Shown: positions 49,773 to 61,300 of the stretch, one piece after another
Layout: each line of letters begins with the position of its first letter
Position numbering within the stretch: position 1 is the first letter of the stretch
DNA from: Stegostoma tigrinum
Lineage: Eukaryota
Assembly: GCF_030684315.1 (NCBI RefSeq)
Contig: NC_081369.1
Location: forward strand, 10,206,035-10,270,034
Direction of reading: 5' to 3'
Length of the DNA: 64,000 nucleotides
The notes under the pieces: generated by a model
Seen by the model: only the letters and a program-made list of their open reading frames with translations
Told to the model about the DNA's origin: nothing
Database searches by the model: none
Position numbers and translations under genes: made by a program

Positions 49773-51078
49773 GTTAAATAACAACTGGTTCACTTTCGCC
49801 ATTTGACCATTTTTGTCTAGAAGCAATTTCACTCGCTTGCTCTCCTGATGGTTGAAAGGGTTCTATCTCCAACAGTTTTATTATAGTCCAGTTGCAATTG
49901 TTTTCAAACCATGATACCGGTAGAATAAAAGTTTAAATTTTGGTTTCAAAAGAACCAGTGAGCGAAGAAAACAAAATCCCTTCTTGCCAAAGTAACGACG
50001 CCAGTATGTGACAATGAATTTATGCAAATCGAGGGTTAAAGAATGACGGAATTCTGAGTCTTAGCTATGCACTTAATGCAGTTCTGTTGGCCATAAGATT
50101 TAAGGAAACTTACAAATTGGTAATGACCTTAATTGATATTTCGAAAATTTCGGGAAGATCTGCATGTAAAGAAAACATTCAAATTGTTTTCAATAATATC
50201 ACAAACAATTCAAAGTTAACAGATCCATATATCAGGTACATAACGCCTATAGATTGTGTGGACACTGTTTCACATCTGTGAGAGGGAAAAATAGGCCGGT
50301 TAAAAGCAGGTTAGAAAAGAGTCCAAGAGACGGAAAGAATTAATAAAAGCTAAGGGTAGTGTGACGCCAGAGAAGCCGTTCAGATTGGTGAAAGGAAAAA
50401 CAGAGGACACACATTTATGATAACGTGCTATACTGTTAGGCACGACAGTCGGAAATATTTAAGTAAAGCTTTTCAAGGATGTGGATTGCACTGCGGGAGC
50501 CTCCGGTGCAACCGTGGCGTTCAAAGGCAAATTTATAATTTCCTAAAAAACAGATTAAAAGCTGTTAAGGATGTGGTGAAAAAGATGAAACCAACAACCA
50601 GAGCGGCAGTAGATCTGGCTGCATTTGTGGGGAGAAATGGAATTAACGTTTCCAGTTTGGTGTGACTCTTCTTCACGAGATGTTTTGAGCAGTGTACGAA
50701 GCAAAATATTTAGTGCCGCAAAGCTTTATTACTGCAGTCAGGAGAGAGAGGATTCAGTGACAGACTGGCGTGTACTGCCTCCGATAGATTTGCTCAGGAA
50801 TCCGACTGTTGCTAGCACCAATCCCGCTCCACGACCTCATTCAGAACAATGTCCCTGCCTCCCTACATGTAACCAGTCCTGGGAGATCCAACCTTTTTGT
50901 TTATCTTTTCAAATATTCGTACAATTTTGCTACAATTTAAAATTTTAATTTTAAAATTAAACGATAAAGAGCATGAGTATTGTCACTGTATGAACGTAAC
51001 AGCGTCGCGGGTGCAGTCAAATGAGGATGTGCTCAATTAAATTTAAACAAAACAGAAACTGTTTCTTTTTCCTTCAAG

Positions 51079-51372
51079 TGTCACCGTTGCCACTGAAAGT
51101 CGTTCAAGTTGAAGGGGTTTCTGCGGCTTCTGTGAAACTGGTGTGTAAAACTGCTGCCTGTTACCCTGAGCCTATTGGTATCTCCTGGCGAAGAGATGCT
51201 GCCGAAAATCTGACCGGAATACAAACGGTTATAAAGACGGCAGATGGACTGTATGAGGTTTCCAGCTCTTTGGAAGAAACGCAGCCTGTGCGGAGCGGAG
51301 AGGTTTATACCTGTCTGGTGTCACATGTTTCCCTTCCTGAACCCGCCAGTGTCAACTTCACTGTCAATCCAG
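51079..51372 (+). CDS. Gene B exon: Ig C1-set domain
   Basis: 294 nt, AG/GTAAG. Four nt differences from gene A C1, giving one amino acid change (S/R). Confidence 0.92.
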
Positions 51373-51559
51373 GTAAGGCAGGAAACATTTGCAGTAGTGA
51401 GAGGGATCAGTGCTCCAACTTGGATTTATAGAGCAGATATATGGCTGAACAGCTGTCCAAATCAAAGAGAGGGGGTGTATGTGGACTTCATTAATTCCAG
51501 AGCAGTATAATGGAAAAGAAATTACAATGTTCAAAATGATTTTCAGTGTAGGATAGAAA

Positions 51560-53190
51560 ATATTCCCCTGAGGAGGTCTGAAAGGGAAGTGATGTGTGAG
51601 CTGCTCGAAAGTTAAAGATCATTCTTCATCAAAATCTTAGCGAGTAAAATGGAATTATACCTACAAATATATTGTAGGAACTTAGGGAAGAAATTGCCCA
51701 GCGTGGGAGAGATCTCCATATCATCTATAACCACTGGTGAGGTGCTGATGGACGAGCGGGTGGATAATATTGTGCCTTTACTTAAGAAAAGAGAAGCCTG
51801 GGAATTATAGACCATTGAATGTGATATCAGTTGAGTAAGTTGTTGGAGGGGGTTTTGAGAGACAGGGTTTGCATGCATTTGGAAAGGCAAGGACTGATTA
51901 GGGATAGTCAGCCGGACTTTGTGTCCGAGAAAATGTGGGCTACTTGGCCAAGAAGATAGATGGAGGGCAGAGTGGTAAATGTTCTGCTTGGTAGACTGGT
52001 CACTAAAGTTAGATTGCATAGCGGGGATCTTGCCCATTGGATACAAAATTGGCTTGATGGTAAAATAGACAGAGGGTAGAGTTGGAGGGTTGTTTTCAGA
52101 CTAGAGATCTGTCACCAATGGTGTTCCACTAGCATTGATGTTGGATCCACTGTTGTTTGTTGTTTATATAAAAAATTTTGATGAAAACTTAGAAAGCATG
52201 ATAAATTTGCAGATGGCATCAAAATTGGTGGTTTCATGGGCAGTGAAAATGGTTATCTAAGATTACAAAGGGATCATGATCAATTGAGCCAATGGGGTAA
52301 TGAATGGCAGATGGAGTTTAATTTCGGTAAATGCAATGTTTTTTACTTGGCAAGACGAACAATTGCAGGATTTATACAATTAATTAGTAGGACCCTGTGG
52401 ATTGTTGCCAAACAAAGATACCTAGGGGTTATGGTATATATTTCTTTGAAAGTTGCATTGCATGAACACAGAGTGGTAAAGAAGGCATTTGGCATGCTTG
52501 TCTTCATTGCTCAGACTATTGAATAAAGAAGTTGGGACATCATGTCATGGTTGTACAGAAGATGGTGAAGCTGCTTTAGAAGTATTGTGCACAGTTCTGG
52601 TCACCCAGTTATAGCAAGGATATTATTAAATTAGAGAGGGCGCTGGAAAGATTTATAAGGATATTACCTGGACCGGGGGATTTGAGTGAAAGGGAGAGGG
52701 TGGATAAACTTGGATTTTTTTTCACTACAGCATAGGTGGTTGAGGGATGACCTTACAGATTAGATTAGATTAGATTCCCTACAGTGTGAAAACACGCCCT
52801 TCGGCCCAGCAAGTCCACACTGTCCTTTGGAGCATCCCACCCAGACCCATCCCCCTATAACACACACACCCCTGAACACTACTGGAAGAAATTGATTAAA
52901 TCATGAGCAGTGTCGATAATGTGAATTGCAAACCTCGTTTTCTTGTGATTGGGGAGTTTGAGCCTGGAGGGCATATTTTTCAGGTCTTAGAGTCTACATT
53001 TTCACACAGGGTGTGGTTGGTATGGAATGAACTGTTGGGGAAATGGCAGATGCAGGCACAATTACAATATTTGGACAGGTGAATGAATAGGAAATTGTTA
53101 GACACAGGTAAATGAGATTAGTTTAGTTTGGGAAACTTGGTCGGTATAGATAATTTGTACTGAAGGGTCTGTTTCCATGTTGTATGGTCC
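51560..53190 (+). mobile_element. Decayed CR1 LINE 3' part in gene B intron
   Basis: LDPLLFVVYI, KFADG and WQMEFNFGKCNV remnants plus a CR1 3' tail. Confidence 0.75.
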
Positions 53191-53239
53191 AAAACTTAAT
53201 AAAAGCTGAATAAGTGATAATAGGATCTATGAGTAGGAG

Positions 53240-54745
53240 CGAATATGTGAGATGCAATTGAAAACAACACATGTCAGGACAAGTGAGGTGGGTAAAAAAA
53301 AATGGAAGGACGAATCAGACTCTAAAGTTCTTTCACTCCATGTTGAGTCCCTGAATGTTTCAGGGTCCCCAAGCAGAAAACTAAATGTTGTTCTTCAAGC
53401 TTGTGCTGAGGTTCACTGGAACACTGCAGCAAGTATGTATTGAAGTGATCGGCAACTCTAGGTCATATTTGTAGAAAGAATGTAAATATTCTGCAAAACT
53501 GTCACACAGCCTGCAATTCGACTCCACAGTGTAGAAGAGACCACATTGTGAGAAATGATACAGTCGGCTATAGTGAGTCAAGTGCAGATAAATCTGCTTC
53601 ACCAAGAATAATATAATTCATAGAACATGGAAGCTACTTCTGGAGCTTTGGATAGTGAGGAGGAAGGGAGAAAACATCCATAAACATGCAGTCATCACAC
53701 CTTTTGCCATTGCATGTGAAGGAGTGGGCCAAAGTGTCCCAGAGGCAATGGTCCAGCAGAAGGCTGGCAAGGGAGGGGAGGGTACATGTGTCTGATGGTG
53801 GCTAATGATCTTTTGAATGTGGATGCTGGTGAAATGGTAGGTGAGCACCAGGAGGCCCTTGACATTGTTGAACAACGGAGAGGTAAGACTGAGGGTCAAA
53901 GTGCAAAAGATGGGTCAAATGCAGCTAAAGGCTCTGAGGACTACAGTGGCAGACATCCACCTTGAGGAGAAAGGTGGCTTTTCTGAAACCCCTGCAGAAG
54001 TTGGCACATCAGAACAAATGTGTTGGAGATAGAGGAAGTGGGTGAATGTGTTGGAGTCCTGGCAGAAGCAGGGTATGAGGATGTAAAGATGAGGTAATTG
54101 TGGGAGTGATGGATTTGTAACAGATATCAGTGGCCAACCCATTCCCAGAAATTGATGTGTTTCCAGTTCAGAGCCAGAAAGGGAAGCAGCACTGATAATT
54201 TCCATCAATATGCTAAAGAAAGAGTTGTGGGTGGGAACTGCAATAGGATTGGAACAAGGAATGTTCCATGTATCCCACAAAGTGACAGGCATAACTGGAG
54301 CCCGTTCAGGTATCCATGGCCACATTACGTTAAGGTATGGGTTGTTTTTAATACAGTAACACGTTCTCAACTACTTTTTGGCTTACTATCACATTATATG
54401 GATTGCTTTCAGTGCAGCTCACCCATTTTTCCTGTTCTTAGTTCGTATTATCATTTTGTCAGCTTTCCGTCTTTCCTAGCCTCCTCTCCATAATGTTCCA
54501 GTTGACTTACCCCATTCACATCTCTCTTTTTGGGCTCCATCTTCACGCATCCACTCACCTATCTCTTCGCCAATTTCGACTTTAGCATAAATGCCACGTG
54601 TTCCTAGCTGCCGACAGTACTGGTGGAGAGCTACAGGGCCGAAATGTCATTCTGCTTTCTTCCCCCAGATGTTGCCAGACCTGCTGAACTTCGCCCGCAA
54701 TTTGTTTTTGTTTCAGATTTCCAGCACCCGTAATTATTTGTGTTG
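53240..54745. mobile_element. Decayed Penelope-like element, positionally equivalent to those upstream of the A and C TM exons
   Basis: PLE RT/GIY-YIG remnants on minus and a terminal repeat remnant on plus. Confidence 0.65.
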
Positions 54746-55364
54746 TTAAGATATATCAGTGCGAGGAGTTAGGTTTAGACCTCTGTTTAAGCACTTAAAG
54801 TATGGAAATGTACGTGTCCATCTGGTATCTCCGCATTATAAACTTCAGATTTCCGGCCCGAAGAACCTTCGCACGTCTTTGCCCCTCTCTCCACTTCCAC
54901 ACTCCCGAACTGTCTCCACCTCCTATTATTACTTTTTGGATCAGGATTGCATTTGATAACGCTGCCATGGAGTCCTCTGGGACGTTTTGCCATGTCATCG
55001 GGTTTTTAGAAAAATGTAATTAACTGCAGAAGGCTGATGAAGGGAAGTCCCATGTAGCACAGCACGTTAATTTTGAAGTAAGTAGGACCTTTTACTGTTG
55101 ACAAACAGTCCAGAGAGAAGCTTCTTGTGTCCTTCTGAAATTGTTCCCTCCATAAATTTGCATTACCGGCCTATAACTGGTTTGTCATTTGAAACACATT
55201 GTCATCCTTGTATATTTACTACCCACAGAAAAGATATTTATGGAACGCTGTGGTCCTGGGATACTCTTTTGCATCTCACCGTCCTGTGTCTACTCCACGA
55301 TGCTCTGCATGTAAGTCCCACTGCGCTATACAGTTTCTTATTCAAATATTTATCAATTCTGTAG

Positions 55365-55469
55365 GTAAAGCTGGCACACTTCCTTTGGTGTTTGGATGGA
55401 CAGGTGGCGTGTTGACAATTTTACTGTTGATATTCGTTTTGACAAGACTCAAATTAAAGACATCATCTG
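55365..55469 (+). CDS. Gene B exon: uncharged transmembrane segment
   Basis: tctgtAG...G/GTAAG, 105 nt, GKAGTLPLVFGWTGGVLTILLLIFVLTRLKLKTSS. Gly (55394-55396) at the position of the gene A Arg. Confidence 0.88.
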
Positions 55470-55599
55470 GTAAGATTCTTTATTATTTCGCCGAATATTG
55501 TCAGTTTCTAAGGCCCTATGTCTTTTTATCTTTATTTTTAAAAATGATTTTAGCGTCTATAAAAAGTCAAAGCGCAGATGAACAGTGATTAACTATTTG

Positions 55600-55911
55600 A
55601 TCAGATTCTCTACAATTCAGAAACAGGCCCTTTGGCTCAATAAGTCCACGCCGACCCTCATAGCATCCCACCCAAACCCATACCCTATTACCCACCTAAC
55701 CTACACATCCACTAACACTACGGGCAATTTAGCATGGCCAATCCACCCAGCCTACACATTTTGGACTGTGGGAGGAAACCGGACCATCCGAAGGAAACCC
55801 ATGCAGGCACGGGGAAAATGTGCAAACTTCCCACGGACAGTCGCCCAACGGTGGAATCAAGTCTGGGTTCCTCGCGCTGTGAGCTTGCTAACCACTGAAT
55901 CACCGTGCCAC
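55600..55911 (-). mobile_element. HE1-type V-SINE
   Basis: Same structure as 10855-11180. Confidence 0.8.
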
Positions 55912-56328
55912 CTTTTTTTTCAAAACCTCATCTTCTGTTTCTCAACTTCTGTTTGTAGAAATTGTAGAGGAATAACGAGCATTTTAAAGAATGAAGTTAC
56001 TATTACAAGACCGCTATGCGGTAGTTCAATAGGACATTATAAACCAAATATGTGGTTTTCTATGTGGATATTTCACCTTCCGATTCAAGATATTTACTCG
56101 ATTTGTACACAAACTCCTGTACTTAAATTAGTAGAGTCCAGGCCTTGAAATATGTTAATTGTGGAATGGTACAGCTTCAATAGCAGTCCAGATTTTCTTT
56201 CAAACGTAACTTTGCAAATGCAAAACGGTCAGTCGACTTATTAACAGTTGGCCACCATCCCTCAGAAGTCTGTTCGATTGAGTATAGCGTCACAAGAGAC
56301 ACTAGAGATACTAGGTTAAAATTGTATC

Positions 56329-56495
56329 AGAGATAATGGGAACTGCAGATGCTGGAGAATCCAAGATAATAAAATGTGAGGCTGGATGAACACAGCAGGC
56401 CAAGCAGCATCAGGTCTAGGCCCGAAATGTCAGCTTTTGTGCTCCTGAGATGCTGCTTGTCCTGCTGTGTTCATCCAGCCTCACATTTTATTATC
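56329..56495. mobile_element. Palindromic PLE terminal insertion with 14-bp flanking duplication
   Basis: agagatactaggtt at 56304-56317 and 56496-56509. Confidence 0.8.
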
Positions 56496-56569
56496 AGAGA
56501 TACTAGGTTGCTGGTTTCGCGTGTACTCTCAGCAAATGATTCAAGTCAGGCTCCTTTTGTTTCCTTTAG

Positions 56570-56604
56570 GCATTTCGGCGGAAGTGAATCAAGCTGAAAA
56601 GGCG
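56570..56604 (+). CDS. Gene B cytoplasmic exon 1 (GISAEVNQAEKA)
   Basis: ttttgtttcctttAG acceptor and GTAGG donor, phase 1/0. Joins the TM exon in frame to the terminal exon. Confidence 0.78.
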
Positions 56605-58065
56605 GTAGGATAACAATGCCTTTTATGTTTTGATAAGAGTGGTTAAGAAAAAATAGCAAGAGTGACTGCAACATCTGAGAACATTAATTAAAACCCACGG
56701 AATCGTAGAACTCAAACAGCCTGTGCGGTACTTTGAAAATAACAATCTAATCAGTGCAATTTCTCACTCTTTACACCGAACCCCTTATTCTTGCGAATAT
56801 TTAATCGCCCGTATTCGTTCTCGATCCGAAGGAAAGAAGTCGCACGTTGTCTAGTCTCTCCAACGGACGGCAGTCCCTCACCCACAATTGCAGAAAATCT
56901 CTTCTGCATCCTTTCCCCTCACCCTTCAAAATGTAGCGGTCAGTATGCAGCACGATGGTTCAACTGAGTTTTAACCAATGGCTTACAGTGCTAAACATAA
57001 ATGATTTGCTTTGGCATACTATAGCATTATTTATAAAGGTCAAGATAACCCTTTGCATTTAGTGAAACATACACTTCCGATTAGGGTACCAGTTGGGTCA
57101 ATCGGCTGGCCTGTGTCAGATTAATGAACACAGCATGGAATTTGAACACTTTCTGACCTGTTCAGGCAGGGCCTGCTGGCTTGCCACACTTTAGGATGAT
57201 TGTATAGGCCATTGAGAAAAGATGATTCTAGGGATCGGTGATCTTATCTATGAAATTAGGTTGTAAGAGTTGCATTGGTCACTGTCACGCAAAGGAGAGT
57301 GAGGATGTGATACAGGGGTCCAAGAGTGTGACAGGTTTAGGTATAATAGACAAGTGAAAAAAACTAATCTCAGTCATTGTACAGAGACTACATGCTAGAG
57401 GTTTTGGGAAAGAGGTTGTGGAATGCTGGGATTTTGGTTTTAAAACTACCTGTGATAACGATACAGAACTTAACGGCCAAGAGGTTACAAGAAACTGAGC
57501 TGAACGCTGATTACAAAAGGAAATCAGAGGGGCACTTTAAATAAATTTGCAGACCTTCACTGCTGAAGCATAGGAGTGGGACAGACTGAAGCGCGCAGGG
57601 GAAAGAGACGAAAAGCTTGATTGACTGTTCCCTCTGCCTCCAACTGACTCCACATATTTTTAAAAGTTGATTGTAACTTATTGAGGGGATGTGGGTGTCA
57701 CTGGCTGGCCAGCATTTAATCTCCATACACAATGACCCTGAAACTGTAGCAGCTCCTTTGGTAGAGGTACATGCATCGTGATATTAAGAAGTCAGTTCTA
57801 TAATCGACCCAGCAACAGTGCAAGAAAAGTTACATTAAAAACCAGCTCTGGATAGTGTGCAACTGGGAAGTGAATGTGCAGGTGATAGCAGTTTCATGGA
57901 ACAACTGTTTGCATGCTTGCTGATGAAAGATGGCACAGGCTTAGGTGGTGCTTTCAAAGTGGTGATTGACAGCAGGAAATTTCATTCCATTCTTATTATT
58001 AAGCTTAATTGCGTCAAGCGATGAACTGATGAACTAACGCATTATATTAAATTTTACTTTCACAG

Positions 58066-58185
58066 ATAGAACAAAGCTATGAAGATAATACAGTGTCTTA
58101 TGCCAAGTTGGATCTTGGTAATTTGAAGCAAGGAACAAAACCTAAACAAGCAGACAACTGTACAGTATATGCAGATGTTAAGTGA
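58066..58185 (+). CDS. Gene B terminal exon with ITIM and ITSM
   Basis: ttttactttcacAG acceptor, phase 0. IEQSYEDNTVSYAKLDLGNLKQGTKPKQADNCTVYADVK*; VSYAKL at 58093-58110 and TVYADV at 58162-58179. Confidence 0.85.
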   Translation: MEQSYEDNTVSYAKLDLGNLKQGTKPKQADNCTVYADVK

Positions 58186-58359
58186 CAGAAGGAAGATGGA
58201 AGCAGAGAATCTAAAAAAAAAATCTGAAGATGTGAACTATTTAAATGGTACAGGGCCAGGATACTTGCTTATACATAATAGATCATGCGATTTTTTGCAG
58301 CTAGTCCAAAGACAAGAGCTGGGAAATTCACAGGCAACGTATTGAGTGGTGAGAGCAGA

Positions 58360-58365
58360 AATAAA
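58360..58365 (+). promoter_or_regulatory. Possible polyadenylation signal of gene B
   Basis: First AATAAA I noticed downstream of the stop. Motif only. Confidence 0.25.
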
Positions 58366-61300
58366 TATCACCTTCAAACAGCAGGGCAGTAAACTGGCAG
58401 AATCAGTTCCATTAACATGTGCTGAAAGCCAAATTAAGATAACAGATTGAAGGATCACAGGCTAGACATCAGTACATCTATTGTACATGAGACTGCTTGC
58501 TCATTATTAACTTCACAACCTTAAGTATGGTTACACTCATCTATTTACATCTGTGCCCAGTACATTCTCAAATACAGCTCTCCAGTGCAATGTCAAAGAC
58601 CGGCTCACGTGTCCACTTGGTACTGGTGATGTTTTCTTACTGTTGTCAATTATGTGATGCTGATTTACACAGATCTCATTATACCACCTTACTAGCATAA
58701 TAGAGAGTCAGACCAATATCAAGCACTTTTGTACATCAAGGAGAGTTTAAGAGTTTGCAAAGCAGGTTTTTTTGGTCCACCTGGAATCCCATCCCCACTC
58801 CAGGCAACATGTCCACAATTTGCTTTAGATCACAGTTGGCATTTCAAAACACTTATCTTATCACCCGAGTCATCCAAACAGCCCAGCAGCAGCTTGCAAT
58901 AGTTCTTAAAGTATGATGCAAGGCTTGAGACTTCATAGCTCCAAAAGGCAACCTTGAAGTCCAAAGGAAGTGGCACCCAATTGAACTAAACGAAAGCAAG
59001 GTTCCCTTCAGGAGAAGAAAAAGGCCTTCCACATGCTGTCTGGCAATTATTTACAGTACTGCCTTTACAAGTTGCATTGTCCTTCATCAGCAACATTTAC
59101 CAAATTTTATTATTTGATCCTATTTTGAGGTTGGTTAGCTCCCCGAGCTAGTTTGTTGTTCCGCTGATGTTTCGTTGCTGTACTCTGTAACATCCTCAGC
59201 GCAGCCTCTGATTAAGCGTTAGTGTGTTTTCCCACCTGGTTTTTGAACTCGGGGGTCCGTTGCGATGGATTGCCTCACTTCCAGGTTTCCTCCGTAGTGG
59301 AATGTATATAGGGTTGAGTTCAATGAGTTCAAACCAACCTCAACACCCACAACCCGAGCTATAAATCTACTCCAAAACTTTTGTGATCCTATTTTAAAAT
59401 AGGCATGTTTCCACAGTGTAGGTCTCACCAGGGAGTGTACACACACGCACACCTACATCATTTAACCCAACAATTATTTGCTGCAGACGACTTTGGGGTG
59501 GAAAGAGGGAATAAACTGCAAACAAAGACAGCAAGGTGAATACAAATTCTGTTGGGCTACTCAAGTTATAGACAGAGACTAGCAATGGCCAGAGTGTTCA
59601 GGGAACCATGTTTGAAATAAAGCACTTGGCTTAAACAAGTTCAATTCCACCGCCCACCAGAGGCAAAATCAATTTTGCTAATGACAGTGTTCACAACTAT
59701 CACTTGTCTATACTTATCACATTTGCCTAGTGCTAGGAAGCCTCTTTCAGCAACATACCTTGATTTCTAATGATTGCAGTAGCATGTCTAGTGTAGTTGA
59801 CCCAGTAATTAAATCCACACCTACTTATAGAATGCCCAGTATTTCCTAGATCTATCAATGGGCCCTGGCCAAGCTGTTTCATGATAGCTACAATATAGGT
59901 AAGTGCCATGTGTAAAATTGCCCAGCTATGTCAAGGCCACAAAAAAAAGGACAAATTCAATTATTGCCCTATTATCAACCCCCATCACAAGATATAGTAG
60001 CAGCTCAAAAGCATTATCAATCAGCACCCGATCAATAACTAAGTGACTGAGCTCAGTGTGAATGGGGTGTAGTGCAGCCACTTCACTTCAGGCTTACTTA
60101 TTGCCATGGTTACAAAAGTCAAAAAAGGACAACGGTACTTTCCACTGGTTTAAATGTCATTCCTAGCGCAAAAGGATGATGGTTGAGATGATTAACCTCC
60201 AGCCACAAAGTGCAGCAGAACAAGAGTTCTTCAGGAAGATACTTTCTAAATCAATTTGTCTAGAGACATTATTACACACTTCTGAAGTAGGTGAGGCTTG
60301 AACACATGCCTTCTGGCTCAAAATACAGCGTCTAACACGAAGGCACAAGATTAGCCACCACCAGTCCTCCAGCACCTCAGCCCTATTTGAAACAGAATCT
60401 CTCGAGTCCCGCAACTTCTTTCTGAATTGCCCGCAATGTCCTGGGATACAGGTGATCACGTTGTGGAGATCCACTTTTTACTGTTTTCTTTTAAAAGGAG
60501 AGAGAGGTGGGGGAGGAGAGAGAGGTGGGGGGGGAGAGAGAGACTGTTGAAAGAAATCACTAATTATTTTCCGAATTCCCCAGCTTTCATATATTTTGTC
60601 AGCCTTTACTTACAAAATATTAGTTTCTCACGCATCACCTGTGGTTCCACACAGATGATGTGGGTGCCCTGTTCTCTCTAGTTGCTCTCATACTGGAAGT
60701 CTTGCAGAATTACATTGCGTTATCCTTAATTGTGTGTCAAGGGCATCTCTTATCCTTTTTGCCCGTCTGATTTCCCTCTTAAAATGCACTCCTGATATTC
60801 GTCACAGGATTCCAGAGCCTGAATATCTTTATATATCCAATGTTCCCTACTTTTACCAGTCCTCCTCTTTACTGAGGAATAACATAATGCCTCTGAACTC
60901 ACATTAGGTCACAAACAAAAAAAAAGAGGCAGGAATTGCTGCGAAAGTTCAGCAAGTCTGGCAGCATCTGTGGAGAGAAATCAGTTAACGTTTCAGGTTG
61001 AGTGACCTTTCCTCAGAACAGATGAAGGGTCAGTCTACCTGAAACATTAACTCTGATTTCTCGCCGCAGATGGTCCTAGACCTGCTGAGCCTGTACAGCA
61101 ATTTCAGTTTTTGGCTTCCAATTTACAGCATCCACAGTTCTGTTGGTTCTTATCAGCTCACGTTTGACAGCCTCTCATTTGCCAGTCATCCCTTTACCTG
61201 CAAACAGACTGCCTCAATCAACTTTTGGAAATTACAGCCTCATGGTCTAAATTGGCCCTATTCCAAATAAGAACCTGAACTTTTATACATGGTCTCTCTA

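Noticed and set aside
18485-51372. A and B as an allelic or haplotig assembly duplication
   Set aside because: Introns, TM and tails are deeply diverged and carry copy-specific insertions.
55585-56148. 187-aa ORF downstream of the gene B TM exon
   Set aside because: Antisense read-through of an HE1-type SINE.
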